In this document: piece by piece, positions 13,121-25,176 of the stretch
How the letters are laid out: every line of letters starts with the position of its first letter
How positions within the stretch are numbered: the stretch's first letter is position 1
NCBI GenBank assembly: GCA_030324005.1
Contig: JARDVH010000157.1
Coordinates: 11,953,525 to 12,014,407, forward strand
DNA length: 60,883 bases
Direction: 5' to 3'
Origin: Negaprion brevirostris
Lineage: Eukaryota
The notes under the pieces: generated by a model
What the model saw: the letters and a program-made list of their open reading frames with translations, nothing else
What the model was told of the DNA's origin: nothing
The model's database searches: none
Program-made: the position numbers and the translations under genes

Positions 13121-14024
13121 GGCTAAGTCAAATTGTAGGCCACGTAAAATTGTGGGTTAAAGGTTGAAATGAAGTAACCTATTGGCCTCAGCAGTGTTTA
13201 GGGACGCCCGGATCAAAGATGACCGCCTGCAATGATGCCAGAGCGCGACATTAGTGTTGCATCTGATTAGAAAGATTTCTGTTTAGACATCAGGCTCTTC
13301 CCAATTTACACGTGGTCTTTTTGTAGTCCTGATGCAGTATAGTAACTTGCAACTAGTGTCCGTCAGTTAAAATATACTTTTCACGCCTTTACGGTAAGTG
13401 TATTCCTCTAGGAATGATAATGATTATCGACATCAGTTTGTCCAGGGTGAAACTGCCTGGAAGAGGCCGCAGGCAGTTTCTGGATACTAAAAAAGCGACC
13501 TCTTCTGGCGACTAGAATCAGGAAATATTGGGAATGGTATTGATAAAATTGGACCACATTCCAACAGTTGCTTAGCCCTGTGAATGATTCGTTAGTTTAA
13601 CTAACATTTAGTCAAAAATTGTGATTGCTGAATTAGGGCCGTCGGGGTACTAACTGTTCAGTCATGCGTAATTGTGATAATCGGATCCTGTTCTTATGTC
13701 TGTGCATTTCATGGTAAGTAAAATGTCACTACTGATAAGATCAATCAAGCCTAAATCTGAACATGATTTTAAATTGTAGTGACTATTTGATAATCAGCTG
13801 TCGCTAAAATAACAGTCTAGCATTAACATTACAACATGGGACAGATATAAATAAAACAAATGGTTTTGTAAAAAAAAACTTTTTCTGTGAGTTGTTTCAG
13901 GGTTGGTATTGAATAAAAATACATTTCTGTTTTAAGAGGATTGAGACAGGACATATTTGATTTATTTTAAAAGATAGCTGTGGCAATTTATTAAAGTTAT
14001 TAGTACAGATTGTGTGTGTCTTAC

Positions 14025-14287
14025 TAAAACCAAAAGAGAAAATGCTAGAAAATCTCAGCAGATCTGGCAGCATATGTAAGGAGAGAAAAGAGCTGACATT
14101 TCAAGTCCAGGTGACCCTTTGTCAAAGCTGGAATCCAGATGACCTTTTTCAGCTTTGACAAAGGGTCATCTGGACTCAAAGCATCAGTTCTTTTTTCTCC
14201 TTACAGATGCTGCCAGACATGCTGAGATTTTCCAGCATTTTCTCTTGTGGTTTCAGATTCCGGCATCTGTAGTAATTTGCTTTTATC
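14025..14287. mobile_element. Palindromic Penelope-like-derived element
   Basis: Left arm GAAAATGCTAGAAAATCTCAGCAGATCTGGCAGCAT...GACCCTTTGTCAAAGCT is the inverse of right arm AGCTTTGACAAAGGGTC...ATGCTGCCAGACATGCTGAGATTTTCCAGCATTTTC. Confidence 0.75.
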
Positions 14288-14289
14288 CA

Positions 14290-15111
14290 AGTATGAGGCA
14301 ATCCTCGAGTAGTGAAACACACCAACTGAAGGAATTAAAGTAGTCTAGTCCAAAGAATAATGTCACATAGCACCAAACTATTCTTCCAACAGCAAAAAAG
14401 CTACTGAATCAGACAAGAGTAAAAAAAATCAAGGTGAAATGATAGAAGGCTAAAACTCATTTTGACAAGACTGCAAAACCAGAGTTGAGAATTAGACAGC
14501 CAGTCAGGGTACAAACCTTCCATAATTTCAAATGAAGCCAGTTCACATGCAACTTGGGACTTACATTGAGCAGTTGTCACCTTGCTCATACACAATCAGG
14601 AAGGTGGAACCTCATCAATTGTACAGAACAACCATTTGTCCCAGAGGTCGACCGGTCACCCAAAACAGAAATGGAACAACAATAGTTACCATGGCAACAA
14701 TGCCACAAGAATGTTGACCCAGCCCAGACAGGGAACATAACCAAACAAACAGCCAATAACAACATGCACACGTTATTAAAAGACCTGCACAATTTAGCAA
14801 TTATGTGTGCAATACATGTGCAGCAACTGGTGAGAGTAACAGATAGTCCATTAATATTTTAGAATAATTGGAGTATAGTAGGTGACTTGGGTCACTTACA
14901 GTTACACATATTCGTGCATGCAAACTTGTCTTTTGTTAATTATGAAAAGGGGAATGTTCACTTTTTTAAACTGCAATCATTACTACGTGTCCTATCTCGT
15001 TTAAGAAGTTATGTGACCTCTGCCATGAGTAACTCCCAGAAGGTAGCCATCTTGCATCCAGTTCAATAAACACATCACACTGGAAAGACTGTAGTCTTTG
15101 AGCTTGTAACA
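14290..15111 (+). mobile_element. Gypsy 3' fragment with PPT and 3' LTR (14955-15111)
   Basis: Colinear with 44575-45361; PPT GAAAAGGGGAA then TGTT...AATAAA...TAACA. Confidence 0.75.
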
Positions 15112-15682
15112 TCTGTCCTGTGTTTTAAAGTGCCTTTAAAGTGCTGGCTCTGATCTTGTTCTGGGGCACAGCCTGCAACTTCAGAAAATGGACATTAGAC
15201 CTTCCAGCAGATTAACGTCTGTAACCTGCCCTTGCTGCTAGTTGGTGGGAATTAACATATTATTAGGTGCATTCTGATGTCAGGCCCTGACATTGGAATA
15301 CCACCGACTTCTATGCACACAACCGTATTATTCAGCCCAAGTTTTAAACAAAATTCTGTCCCTTCTGCATACACTCTGATAATATCATGTGAGATCCATA
15401 AGTTTTAAGTTGAGCATCCACAAGGAGGAAATATGCACTGGATAGTCAGATTGCGATGGTTATGTTCACTGGGATGAGTGGTAAGAGCTCTCTGAAAATG
15501 TTACTTTTGATAATGGGTTCATGATTTCTGCTGTTCTTTACGTTTGATTGAAAAGTGCATTCCCATTCAGAAAATACAAACAGCAACCTTCATTCAACTC
15601 CCTGTAATGGATGAAACAACAGCAATGGAATATTCGCTGACCTTTACGATCTAGATTTATCCTTGAAGCATAGCTGTCCTAC

Positions 15683-15880
15683 CCATGAGATATTTTAAAC
15701 ATGTAGCAGCTGACAGGCGTTCTACTTTCTCTGGAGTGTAATACACCATCATCCACGCATTGTTCTTTTGAAAGGAAATCGAAGTAAAGCAGGAAGCCTT
15801 TGAGGGAATCTAGTGAGAGTTGTACGAGGCGTGAAGGCAGTGGTCGTGTTTGATCCAATGTGACATCATTCTGGTATTTC
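15683..15880 (-). other. Candidate 198-nt exon, open in one frame, product unknown
   Basis: Acceptor TGTATCTTTTCATTCCAG, donor GG|GTAGGA, phase 2-2; peptide KYQNDVTLDQTRPLPSRL...CYMFKISHG not recognised. Confidence 0.25.
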
Positions 15881-16194
15881 CTGGAATGAAAAGATACAAT
15901 GATGGTTACTGAGGAACTCATGCCACTCACATTCCACTCATCTACATAGAAAAAACACATGTTGAGCAAGAGCAAATTTCATTGTTTTGCTGAGGTTCCA
16001 CCAATTTATCTCATGAGAGAAAGAAGGTCGTGACCTATGACATAAAGTGGAATGGGAGGGCCAATTTTTTTTATTTCAAATTCCAAATTTATTTGTCATA
16101 TTTACATGAATTATGGTAATGAATTTCCAATAAACAAAAACCTCCATTCCTGCTTATGAGCTTTGAACTCTCTGGTCTTTTCCGCCCTTTTACA

Positions 16195-16493
16195 TTGCAA
16201 AAGCAGGCCATTCGGCCCATCATGTCTGCATCAACTACAATCCTACCAAGGCCCTATTCCCATAACCCCACATATTTACTCTGCTAATCCCCCTGACACT
16301 AAGGGTCAATTTAGCATGGCCAGTCCACCTAATCTGCACATCTGCACTGTGGGAGAAAACCGGAGCACCCGGAAGAAACCCACACAGGGAGCATGTGCAA
16401 ACTCCACACAGACAGTGACCCAAGCTAGGAATCAAACCTGGGTTCCTGGAGCTGTGAGACAGCAGTGCTAACCACTGTGCCACCGTGCCGTCC
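16195..16493 (-). mobile_element. HE1 V-SINE, near full length
   Basis: tRNA-like head GGCACGGTGGCACAGTGGTTAGCACTG, V-domain, HER1-type tail. Confidence 0.9.
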
Positions 16494-17914
16494 AAACATT
16501 TTCTTTACAATGTAGCTGCTACATTTAAAAGAATGGTAAGTGTGATTTATTTTTTCTACTTCACCAGCTAATTTTCATAGATTTACTAAGTACAAGGAAG
16601 AAGCCTTCAGACCATCATAGCAGTAGCCAGGTTTTGAATGCATTTCCGTTTCCCTTTAGCCCACCCCATAGCATTATTGCAAATTTCCCAATACTTGGAG
16701 GCACAGGTAACCAATGTTCTTTCATTCCTTATCTAAGTGACAATTATATAGTTGTCAGCCGAAACTGTGAATACTGCTAGATCAGTTAGACTGGGGCAGT
16801 CTAATACAGTCCAACAAAAATCACTGGTGATCCAGTGCCGAAGTTCTGGCCTCACTAATATGGAGGCACAGAGGCCACTGGAGCACCCATAGCATCATGC
16901 AGTCTACAAGTAAAAGAGGATGGGTGCTGTGTTTGAGTGGAACAATTTTGTATCCACTTGATCTGAGTGGCTAACTATCACCCTGGACATAAACACAGTG
17001 CCTTATAGCTTCTTAACAAAATCAGAGATACCTCAAAGTGTCTCTAATCAGGCAGTCTCAGGTAGTTAGATAGATACGATGGTAAAACAATTGCCCAATA
17101 TGCATACATTGCATTCTTCACACATCAAGGCAATGTGATGAATGGGTTGCTGATATGAATGTAGTCCTGTAAGTAAGACTTGGTAGAGACGTGGGCAGAG
17201 AAAATGAACAATTAATACACCATATATTTGAATGTGGTCGCCCTGGTTGGATGAAAGCATGAAAGTTGAATGCTTTATTCCCAATCTGTGATGAGTTAGC
17301 TGGTGTCCACTGGAGCTGCAGAGCAAGCACTTCACATTCTCAAGATACTGGGTTGGAGAAACCAGGCTCAGGTTTGCTGTTTTTCATCTTAAACCAGTGA
17401 ATACACGTCCCACACCTCAAAATCTTCAAAAGTGTATCTGACTAAACATCCAGTGATAATGTTCAGACTGTTATGCTTTTCTTCAGCCTCTCCTCGAATG
17501 AGCAAACAGGCCGGTGAAACTATCAAGTTGTGAACAAGTGGAGCAATTGTTGGCACACTGGAAGGCATTTGTAGATTTGTATCAGGAGTGAGTCAATGCC
17601 TTCAAGGGAAGTGAGGATGGGAGAAGACTGGTGGAGGAAAAAAATCAAACCATCCACTGATTAATTTTCTGGTTGGTAAAGTGTGATTTACCATGGCAAA
17701 TATAGGATACAACTTCAATTTATTTTACTTCATTCAAAAGGAAATTGAAAACATGTTTCCTAAACACAGAATGCAGTGTTAGAATTCCTGCCAAAACAAT
17801 ATTTCATCACATGCAACATCACATTCACCTCCACTCACTATTATTTGATCACTCAGCTCCTGATCTCATTACAATCTTGATCCAAACATAGACAAAAGAT
17901 CTGAACTCAAGATA

Positions 17915-18750
17915 CAAAGATGTGTAGAGGGACAGGTAGTATTGAGGAAGCAGATGGAATACAATGTAGAAAAGTGTGAGGTAATGCATTTTGGAAGGAG
18001 GAATCGAGGCATTGACTATTTTCTAAATGGGAAAATGCTTAAGAAATCAAAAATGCAAAGGGACTTGGGAGTCATTTTTCAAGATTCACTTAAGGTAAAC
18101 ATGCAGGTTCAGTTAGCAGATAAGAAGGCAAATGCAATGTTCGCATTCATGTTGAGAGGGCTAGAATACAAGAGCAGGGATGTACTTCTGATGCTGTATA
18201 AGGCTCTGGTCAGACCCCATTTGGAGTATTGTGAGCAGTTTTGGCCCCATATCTAAGAAAGGATGCGCTGGCCTTGGAAAGGGTCCAGGGGATGTTGACA
18301 AGACTGACCCCTGGAATGAAGAGCTTGCCATATAAGGTACGGTTGAGAACTCTGGGTCTGTACTCATTGGAGTTTAGTAAGATGAGGAGGGGATCTTATT
18401 GAAACTTATAGGACACTACGAGGCCTGGGCAATTTGGAGAGGATGTTTCCACTAAGTAGAAAAAACTAGAACCAGAGGACACAATCTCAGACTAAAGGGA
18501 CGATCTTTTAAAACAGATATGAGGAGNNNNNNNNNNNNNNNNNNGTGGAACTCTGCCGCAGAAGGCTGTGGAGGCCAGGTCATTGAGTGCCTTTAAGACA
18601 GAGGTAGATAGGTTCTTGATTGATAAGGGAATCACGGAAATGAGAAAATGGCAGGAGAATGGGAAGGAGAAAAAAATCAGCCATGATTGAATGGCGGAGC
18701 AGACTCAATGGTCCGAGTGGCCTAATTCTGCTCCTATGTCTTATGGCCTT
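17915..18750 (+). mobile_element. HER1/CR1 LINE 3' part nested in family-B LINE
   Basis: ORF 17942-18256 QMEYNVEKCEVMHFGRRN...LYKALVRPHLEYCEQFW. Confidence 0.9.
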
Positions 18751-19499
18751 ACACTCTGAGAGTTGAGGTGACAGTGATTGCCTTTGACCTCAATGTGGCA
18801 TTTCACTACATATGACATCAAACAGCCCAAGCATAATTGGTGCCAACTGGAATTGGGTGGAAAACTTTCCACTGGTTGGACTCCTACCTGGGAAGATGAC
18901 TAAGGTTTGTTTCGTCTCAGCCCAGAATATTGCTTCAGAAGTTCCTCAGGTAATAGCCTAGGCTCAGTTATCTTTAGCTACTTAATTAACCATCCCTCCA
19001 TCATAAGTGGTGACGTTTGTTGATAATTGCACAATATTCAGTACCATTTGCGACTTTTCAAATACTGAAACAGTTCTTATTTATATGAACAATATTCAGG
19101 CTCAGGATGACACACGGTAAGTAACAATTGTGCCACACAAATGCCTGGTAACAATCATTTCTATCAAGAGACTCCAACCATATCTGTTTGACAGTCAATG
19201 ACATTACCATCACAAAATCATTCACCATCAAATCCTGGTAGCTTTCATTGATCAGAAACCGGACTGGACCAGCCATATAAATGCTGTGGTTAAAAGAGCA
19301 GGGAATTCTGCAGAAATAACTCACCTTCTGTGTCCCAAAGCCTGTCCGCCATCTACAAAGCACAAGTCAGGAGTGTAATGGAATACTTTCCACTTGCCAA
19401 GGTGGATGTGGCTCTAATAACATTTCAGAAGTCAACATAATCCAAGACAAAGCATGCTGCTTGATCAGCACCCCATCCAGCCCCTTAAACATTCACTTT

Positions 19500-19748
19500 C
19501 CCTGGGTTTGATTTCCCCACTTGGTTTACCGTCCGTGCGGACTCTGCACGCTCTTCCCATGCCTGCGTGGGTTTCCTCCAGGTGTTCCAATTTTCTCCCA
19601 CAATCCAAAAGACATGTTGGCTAGGTGCTTGGCCATGCTAAATTCTCCCTCAGTGAACAGGTGCCAGAAGGTGATGACTTGAGGATTTTCACAGTAACTT
19701 AATTGTAGTGTTAATGTAAGCCTACTTGTGACATTATTAAATAAACTT
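19500..19748 (+). mobile_element. V-SINE variant with non-HER1 tail
   Basis: HE1-like body; tail TTTTCACAGTAAC...GTAAGCCTACTTGTGACATTATTAAATAAAC. Confidence 0.8.
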
Positions 19749-22179
19749 ATCGATGCACAGTGGCAGCAATGTATACCATATACAAGGTGTACTGCAGCAA
19801 CTCGCCAAGCCACCTTCAGCAGCCCCTTCCAAATCTGCAACTTGAACAACCTAGAAGACAAGGGCAGAAAGCCATCATCTCCAAGTTTCCATGCAAGCCA
19901 TACATCATTATGACTTGGAACTATATCACCATTCCTTCACTATTACTGGGTCAAAATTCTGGAACCCTCTTCCAACAGCATTGTGGATGTACCCAGGTCA
20001 GATGGACTGCAGCCATTCAAAAAGTTGGCTTATCATCTTCTTCTCGAGGGCAGTTAAGTGGGCAACAAAGTCTGGCCTTACCAGTGAAGCTCAGATCCCA
20101 CAAAAGAATAACAAAACCAGGATTTGCCATGTTAGTTGGCTTGGTTCTAAACTTGCATCAACAAAAATGGCATATTGGAGCTATCTCAGTCCTAAAGAAA
20201 TTCCAGACATGTATTCTGTCCATTGCAATCACTATTTGGGTACTTCTGAAGGACATGGAAATCAGTGTTGCCATTGGAGAAAATATGTTTTAGTATGAAG
20301 ATAGCAGTATAATAAAAATAAATGCTAAAATCTTTAGATATTATTGATTCCTAGAGTACTAGCACCATTATTTAAAAACTGTACCAGAGGGTATGATGGA
20401 AGCACTCATTATTATAGTCATGCCTCCCAACTCTCCCAACATCCCCATTCTGATTAGATGAATATTCTTCTCAAGGCAATTAATAACGGCCAATCAGAAC
20501 CAGCCTCTGCACCATCACATCCCAAAAATAATTTTATTTTCACAAAGACGGCTTGAATGACAATTGGTAGTTGCTCCATATTGTCACTACCTGTGGGGCT
20601 TGGTCCAAACCTTATTCTCCTTACAGGTTAGCAAAATCTTATTGTGTAAATAAATTCCATGGCAATGATTAGTGTCATCAGCCGTTTATGTTGACATTTA
20701 GTTAAAGCCACCAACTATATTTGGACAGTTGTGTTAAATTCCTTGGTGCTCACAGTTCCTTAGCAAAGTTAAAGTTAAATCTAATGGAAGGATGACAATG
20801 CATGTTTGGAGTGACAGATGGACAGAGGGTGGTAAGTGAGGGACATAATGGTGAAGTGGGCATTGAAGTGCCCAGTTGGTAGCAATTCGGTGACATTGGA
20901 TCATCCCAATGTTGAATAGGCCCCTGCTAAGGTCAATTTACAGTGGATCAGCGAGCTCACCATCTCATTCTATCTCCATGCCCAAAAAATGGCAGGCCAT
21001 ACATGCATATTTTTACACTTTGATAATTCTTAAATGGCATCTCCATTTTGAGGCATCCTCACATTCTCCAACCTGTGTCAGCAGTGCCCTACCTTGCCTA
21101 CTGGCATTGCTGGCTGGACATTGTTGCAGGCACTCTGGACCTGCTTGCCTTGGTCTGCTTGCCATCCTTCATTGGATAGGGCTCCAGGAGGTGACTTGTT
21201 TATTGGCAACCTCTGGGAAGATTGTAACCAGGGTCCTGCCATGACCACTTGTGTGTTCCCAGGCCTAAATTGAACCAAACATCAGGATCTGAACAATCTC
21301 AGCAGAATCCAGCCTGACATCTCTCTTTGGGTTCGAAATCATAGCATCATAGAAAGCCTACCCTGAGAGGCCCCAGCTTCAGATTGGCCATTGGCACCCG
21401 GGAAGCAGTGATACCAGATGAGTAAAGTATTTAAGCTTACACTAGCCTAAAAAAAAACAACAGGTAGAATGTTGAGATTATGGCTCACAAAGTTAAATAT
21501 TAAAACTATAAGGAGAAAAATTGAAGGGACAGGAGTTGGAGAACTGCAGAAGAGAGAATTAGTAAAGATAAATATTTACTGATATAGTATGTAGGTTCAT
21601 GGTAGTAAAAATTTCTTTTGACATCTCACCAGATGTGCTACTGTGACCGGAAAGTTCCCTTCAGCATTACAATGAGAAAACTAAACATTTTATAAGAGTG
21701 GCCAGTCCAGGAAAATTGAGTTTGCTGGCAGCCTAAGGTATTTATAGTACGTTTTTAATTACAACATGAAGTTAATTAGCTGCACTTCTTAATACAAAAC
21801 CTGACAATATTATCGTCTGCTGGAACTTATTGCACCAATACACCCAGACACAGCCCACTTCACCACCCAGATAGATGACTGAGCATTAGAGACAGGACAT
21901 TTATACAACGCACTACTGTACAATACATTGTATGCAATTACAAGAAATAAATTAAAGAATTCCTCATTCACAAGCTGAGAAGTGTGTAGAATAACATAGC
22001 AAGTAGGGTCATAGGGACAAACATATTAGCAATATTGTAAAGCAGCTGGATGTGCAGTGGAGAGTTGGGGACCATGGCAATGGTTTTTGATGAGTCACAC
22101 GGTCTCCTCTTGCCTTTGTTTGTTGTTAGCATATAGTTCCTTATAATTTAATGGTTACAATGGGTAACTGTGTCTTGTA

Positions 22180-22765
22180 AATGAATATTTCTCATTGCTG
22201 TTTACTGTTGAGAAAGGGATGGATATCAGGGAACTTGGGGAAATAACTAGTGATGTCTTGAGAAGTGTCAATATTACAGAGAAGGAGGTACTGGAAGTCT
22301 TCAAGCACATCAAGGTACATAAGTCCCCGGGACCTGATGAAGTGTATCCCAGGATGCTGTGGANNNNNNNNNNNNNNNNNNNNNNNNNNNNNNNNNNNNN
22401 NNNNNNNNNNNNNNNNNNNNNNNNNNNNNNNNNNNNNNNNNNNNNNNNNNNNNNNNNNNNNNNCAAGGTACATAAGTCCCCGGGACCTGATGAAGTGTAT
22501 CCCAGGAGGCTGTGGAAGGCTCAGGAGGAACTTGCAAGTCCCCTAGCAGAGGTATCTGAATCACCGACAGCCACAGGTGAAGTGACTGAAGATTAGAGGA
22601 TAGCAAATGTTGTGCCTTTGTTTATGAAAGGCTGCAGGGAAAAGCCTGGAAACTACAGGCCAGTGAGCCTAATGTCTGTAGTAGGTAAGTTGTTCGAAGG
22701 TATTCTGGGAGACAGAATCTACAGGCACTTAGAAAGGTAAGGACTGATTAGGGACAGTCAGCGTG
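22180..22765 (+). mobile_element. HER1/CR1 ORF2 internal fragment
   Basis: KVHKSPGPDEVYPR..., then NVVPLF..GNYRPVSL motifs. Confidence 0.9.
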
Positions 22766-25176
22766 GCTTGTTCAGTGGCTGGTACATACGAACTTCAATC
22801 GGGACACACTTGTTCATCACCTGAAAGACTTCAGTTCTGTCACATTCCTCAGCTCTGGCAGTCCTACATTAACTTTCACCTTATCTTCAAGGGGATGCAA
22901 TCCTTTGCATCCACTTTCAACCTGAGGTATGCAATCTCTTCATCTTGGAAAACACATTTCTCCTGTTTCAATTGTAAACTGGCTTCCTTAACTCTCTTCA
23001 CAACCTCTTCCAGGTTAGCCTCATGTTCTTCAGGAGATGCGCCTGTAATCCCCACTTTGGGGATTCCCTGTAACAGGCTGTCCATAGTGCATTGAGAAAT
23101 GGTGCAAGCTGACGGGACACTGAATGGCAGTCTGGTGTACTGATCTAACCCCTTGTGGGTCCTCTTCCAATTCCAACTCAAGTAAATTTTAGCTTTAACC
23201 CGCTTTCATTCAATCAAGTTCTCTTTTGAACACCTCCTGACATTTACGCAGGAGTTCCTGGAATCCTCCATCCTGGATTTTGAATATTTCAGCTAGTCCA
23301 GTTTTATTTGTTCAATCACTATAATGGGCAGCTGAATAGGCTGGCTACTGTACGATACCAACACAGAGGTTGGCTCCAATATTCTTAATGTTTCTCCTGC
23401 ATAGGTCCTCAAGTTAGCTTCTGAACGGCTAAGGCTTACGAGCTCTTGTCTCTTCTGGAGGTGCTTGAATGTCTTTTCCCCGATGATGGTCACAACCCCA
23501 CCAGTGTCAACGTCCACATTTGGGGGCACCATTAGGTCAATCTGTATAGGTGGTACCTTGCTGAGTTGAATTTGATTGAGTGTGTAAGCCTCGGATCTTT
23601 CCTTTAGTTTCTCTAAAAGCTTTTTTACAGGGGTTGTACTAATTGTTCCTTTCTCGGGGGGTATTTTATGCAGCCTGCCTAACTGTATGCCTAGCTTGCA
23701 GATAACCCTTCTTTTTACATAAAAACAGACATAATTGCTGGAACTTTACCGCCAAGGGGTGGGTGCTGTTTACAGAACAGAATTCCCTGTTGACCGTGGA
23801 GGGGATTTTATGAGCCTCACCCAAGCGAGGTCACAAAATACTGGCCAATTTCTGTTTTGGCATGTCTCTTGGGGGTGGGGTCTTCCCCGACACCTAAAGC
23901 ACANNNNNNNNNNNNNNNNNNNNNNNNNNNNNNNNNNNNNNNNNNNNNNNNNNNNNNNNNNNNNNNNNNNNNNNNNNNNNNNNNNNNNNNNNNNNNNNNN
24001 NNNCTCAGACCCTGATGCTGAATAACTCTTTTTCAGGCTCTGCTGCAGTTCCTTGCAGTAATCGTTTCCCAACACAACGTGTTCATCTCATTCTGCACGC
24101 CTGGCAGCTCATATATGCCTTGCTCAGCACACTCAATTACTTGGACTATCTCCACTGCATTCTCCAGATTTTTTTTCCAGCCAGCAGCTTCTTTTGGGTA
24201 AAGTCAAAATATTGCAGATGGTGAATCTGAAACAAAAACAGAAAATGCTGTAAAATCTCAGCAGGTCTGACAGCATCTGTGGAGAGAGAATAGAGGTAAA
24301 ATTTTCAGTCAGGATGACCCTTTAGCTCTATTCTTCCCCACAGATGCTGTCAGATCTGCTGAGATTTTCCAGCATTTTCAGTTTTTTTTGACTGTTGGGT
24401 TTGTTGATCCTACATGCTAAACAATCCGTCAACATGTCTCCCAACGAAGGCCCAAACTCACAGTGCTCTGCCCGCTGTCAAAATCTAGCGATGAAGCCAG
24501 AGGCTGATTCTTCTGGCTCTCTGACTGCAGAATGAGATTTGTATCTGCATAATTACAGAAGGCTGGGGGTTGTAATGCTCCTTAACCAAATTTACTAGCT
24601 GTTTGAAAGTTTTTGTGTCTGGAGCTTCAGGTGAGGTTAAGTTCCTCACTAGGTTGTAAGTCTGTGGGCTATCGACTGTAAGCAATTTCACCTTTTGTTT
24701 CTCCTCAACTGCTATTTTGTTTGCCATGAAGAAATGCTGCAGCTTTTCAATATATTGCCCTAACCAACAATTTCAGGGTCAAATGGTTCTATCTTCCCAA
24801 ATAATGGCATCTGGGATGAAAGCTTTCTCTTTTTTGCTCTTTGACTTAGACTTTCCTCCCCCTCCAATTCTGCACTGTGGGCTCTTAACAATTGACCCAG
24901 TCCCATCACCAGTGTAATAATCCAAGGCAACCTGAAGTGGCAAACAATTAACTACAAGGTTTATTAATAATAAGAATTATATACATGAAGAGTTCAATAG
25001 CAGACTCAAACAGTTCTACTCCTAACAGCATCTTAACTCTAGCTGAAGCTCTTCAGTCACAGGACTGCTCACCCTCCTTCCCAGTTGGCTCAGTTTCACA
25101 CGCTTGGTCAGGTTGGCTCCTGTATGGTCATGTAGGCCCGTGAAGGATTGCCCCTTAAAGGAGCCATGCTACCACA
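22765..25176 (-). mobile_element. Ty3/Gypsy retrotransposon remnant: 5' LTR (24913-25176), PBS, gag, protease, deleted RT
   Basis: LTR TG...CA then TGGTGATGGG PBS; gag MANKIAVEEKQKVKLL...KEHYNPQP; Zn knuckle CFRCRGRPHPQETC; protease DVDTGG; RT YTRLPFSVPSA. Confidence 0.9.
24203..24390. mobile_element. Palindromic Penelope-like-derived element inserted in gag
   Basis: Inverted arms AAATCTCAGCAGGTCTGACAGCATCTGTGG / CCACAGATGCTGTCAGATCTGCTGAGATTT. Confidence 0.75.

Larger units (their letters stand above)
17845..20112 (+). mobile_element. CR1/L2-group LINE (family B), RT to 3' end, interrupted by HER1 and a SINE
   Basis: Decayed RT region including ATCTACAAAGCACAAGTCAGGAGTGTAATGGAATAC (IYKAQVRSVMEY); 3' end ATCCCACAAAAGAATAAC; homologous to 26355-29344 and 55890-60883. 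Confidence 0.8.

Noticed and set aside
19760-20298. Longest gap-free ORFs (177 and 135 aa)
   Set aside because: They overlap the decayed 3' end of a LINE
22310-22517. ~54-bp direct repeat of KVHKSPGPDEVYPR
   Set aside because: It flanks a 100-N gap inside a multicopy LINE; most likely a scaffolding overlap or haplotype artefact
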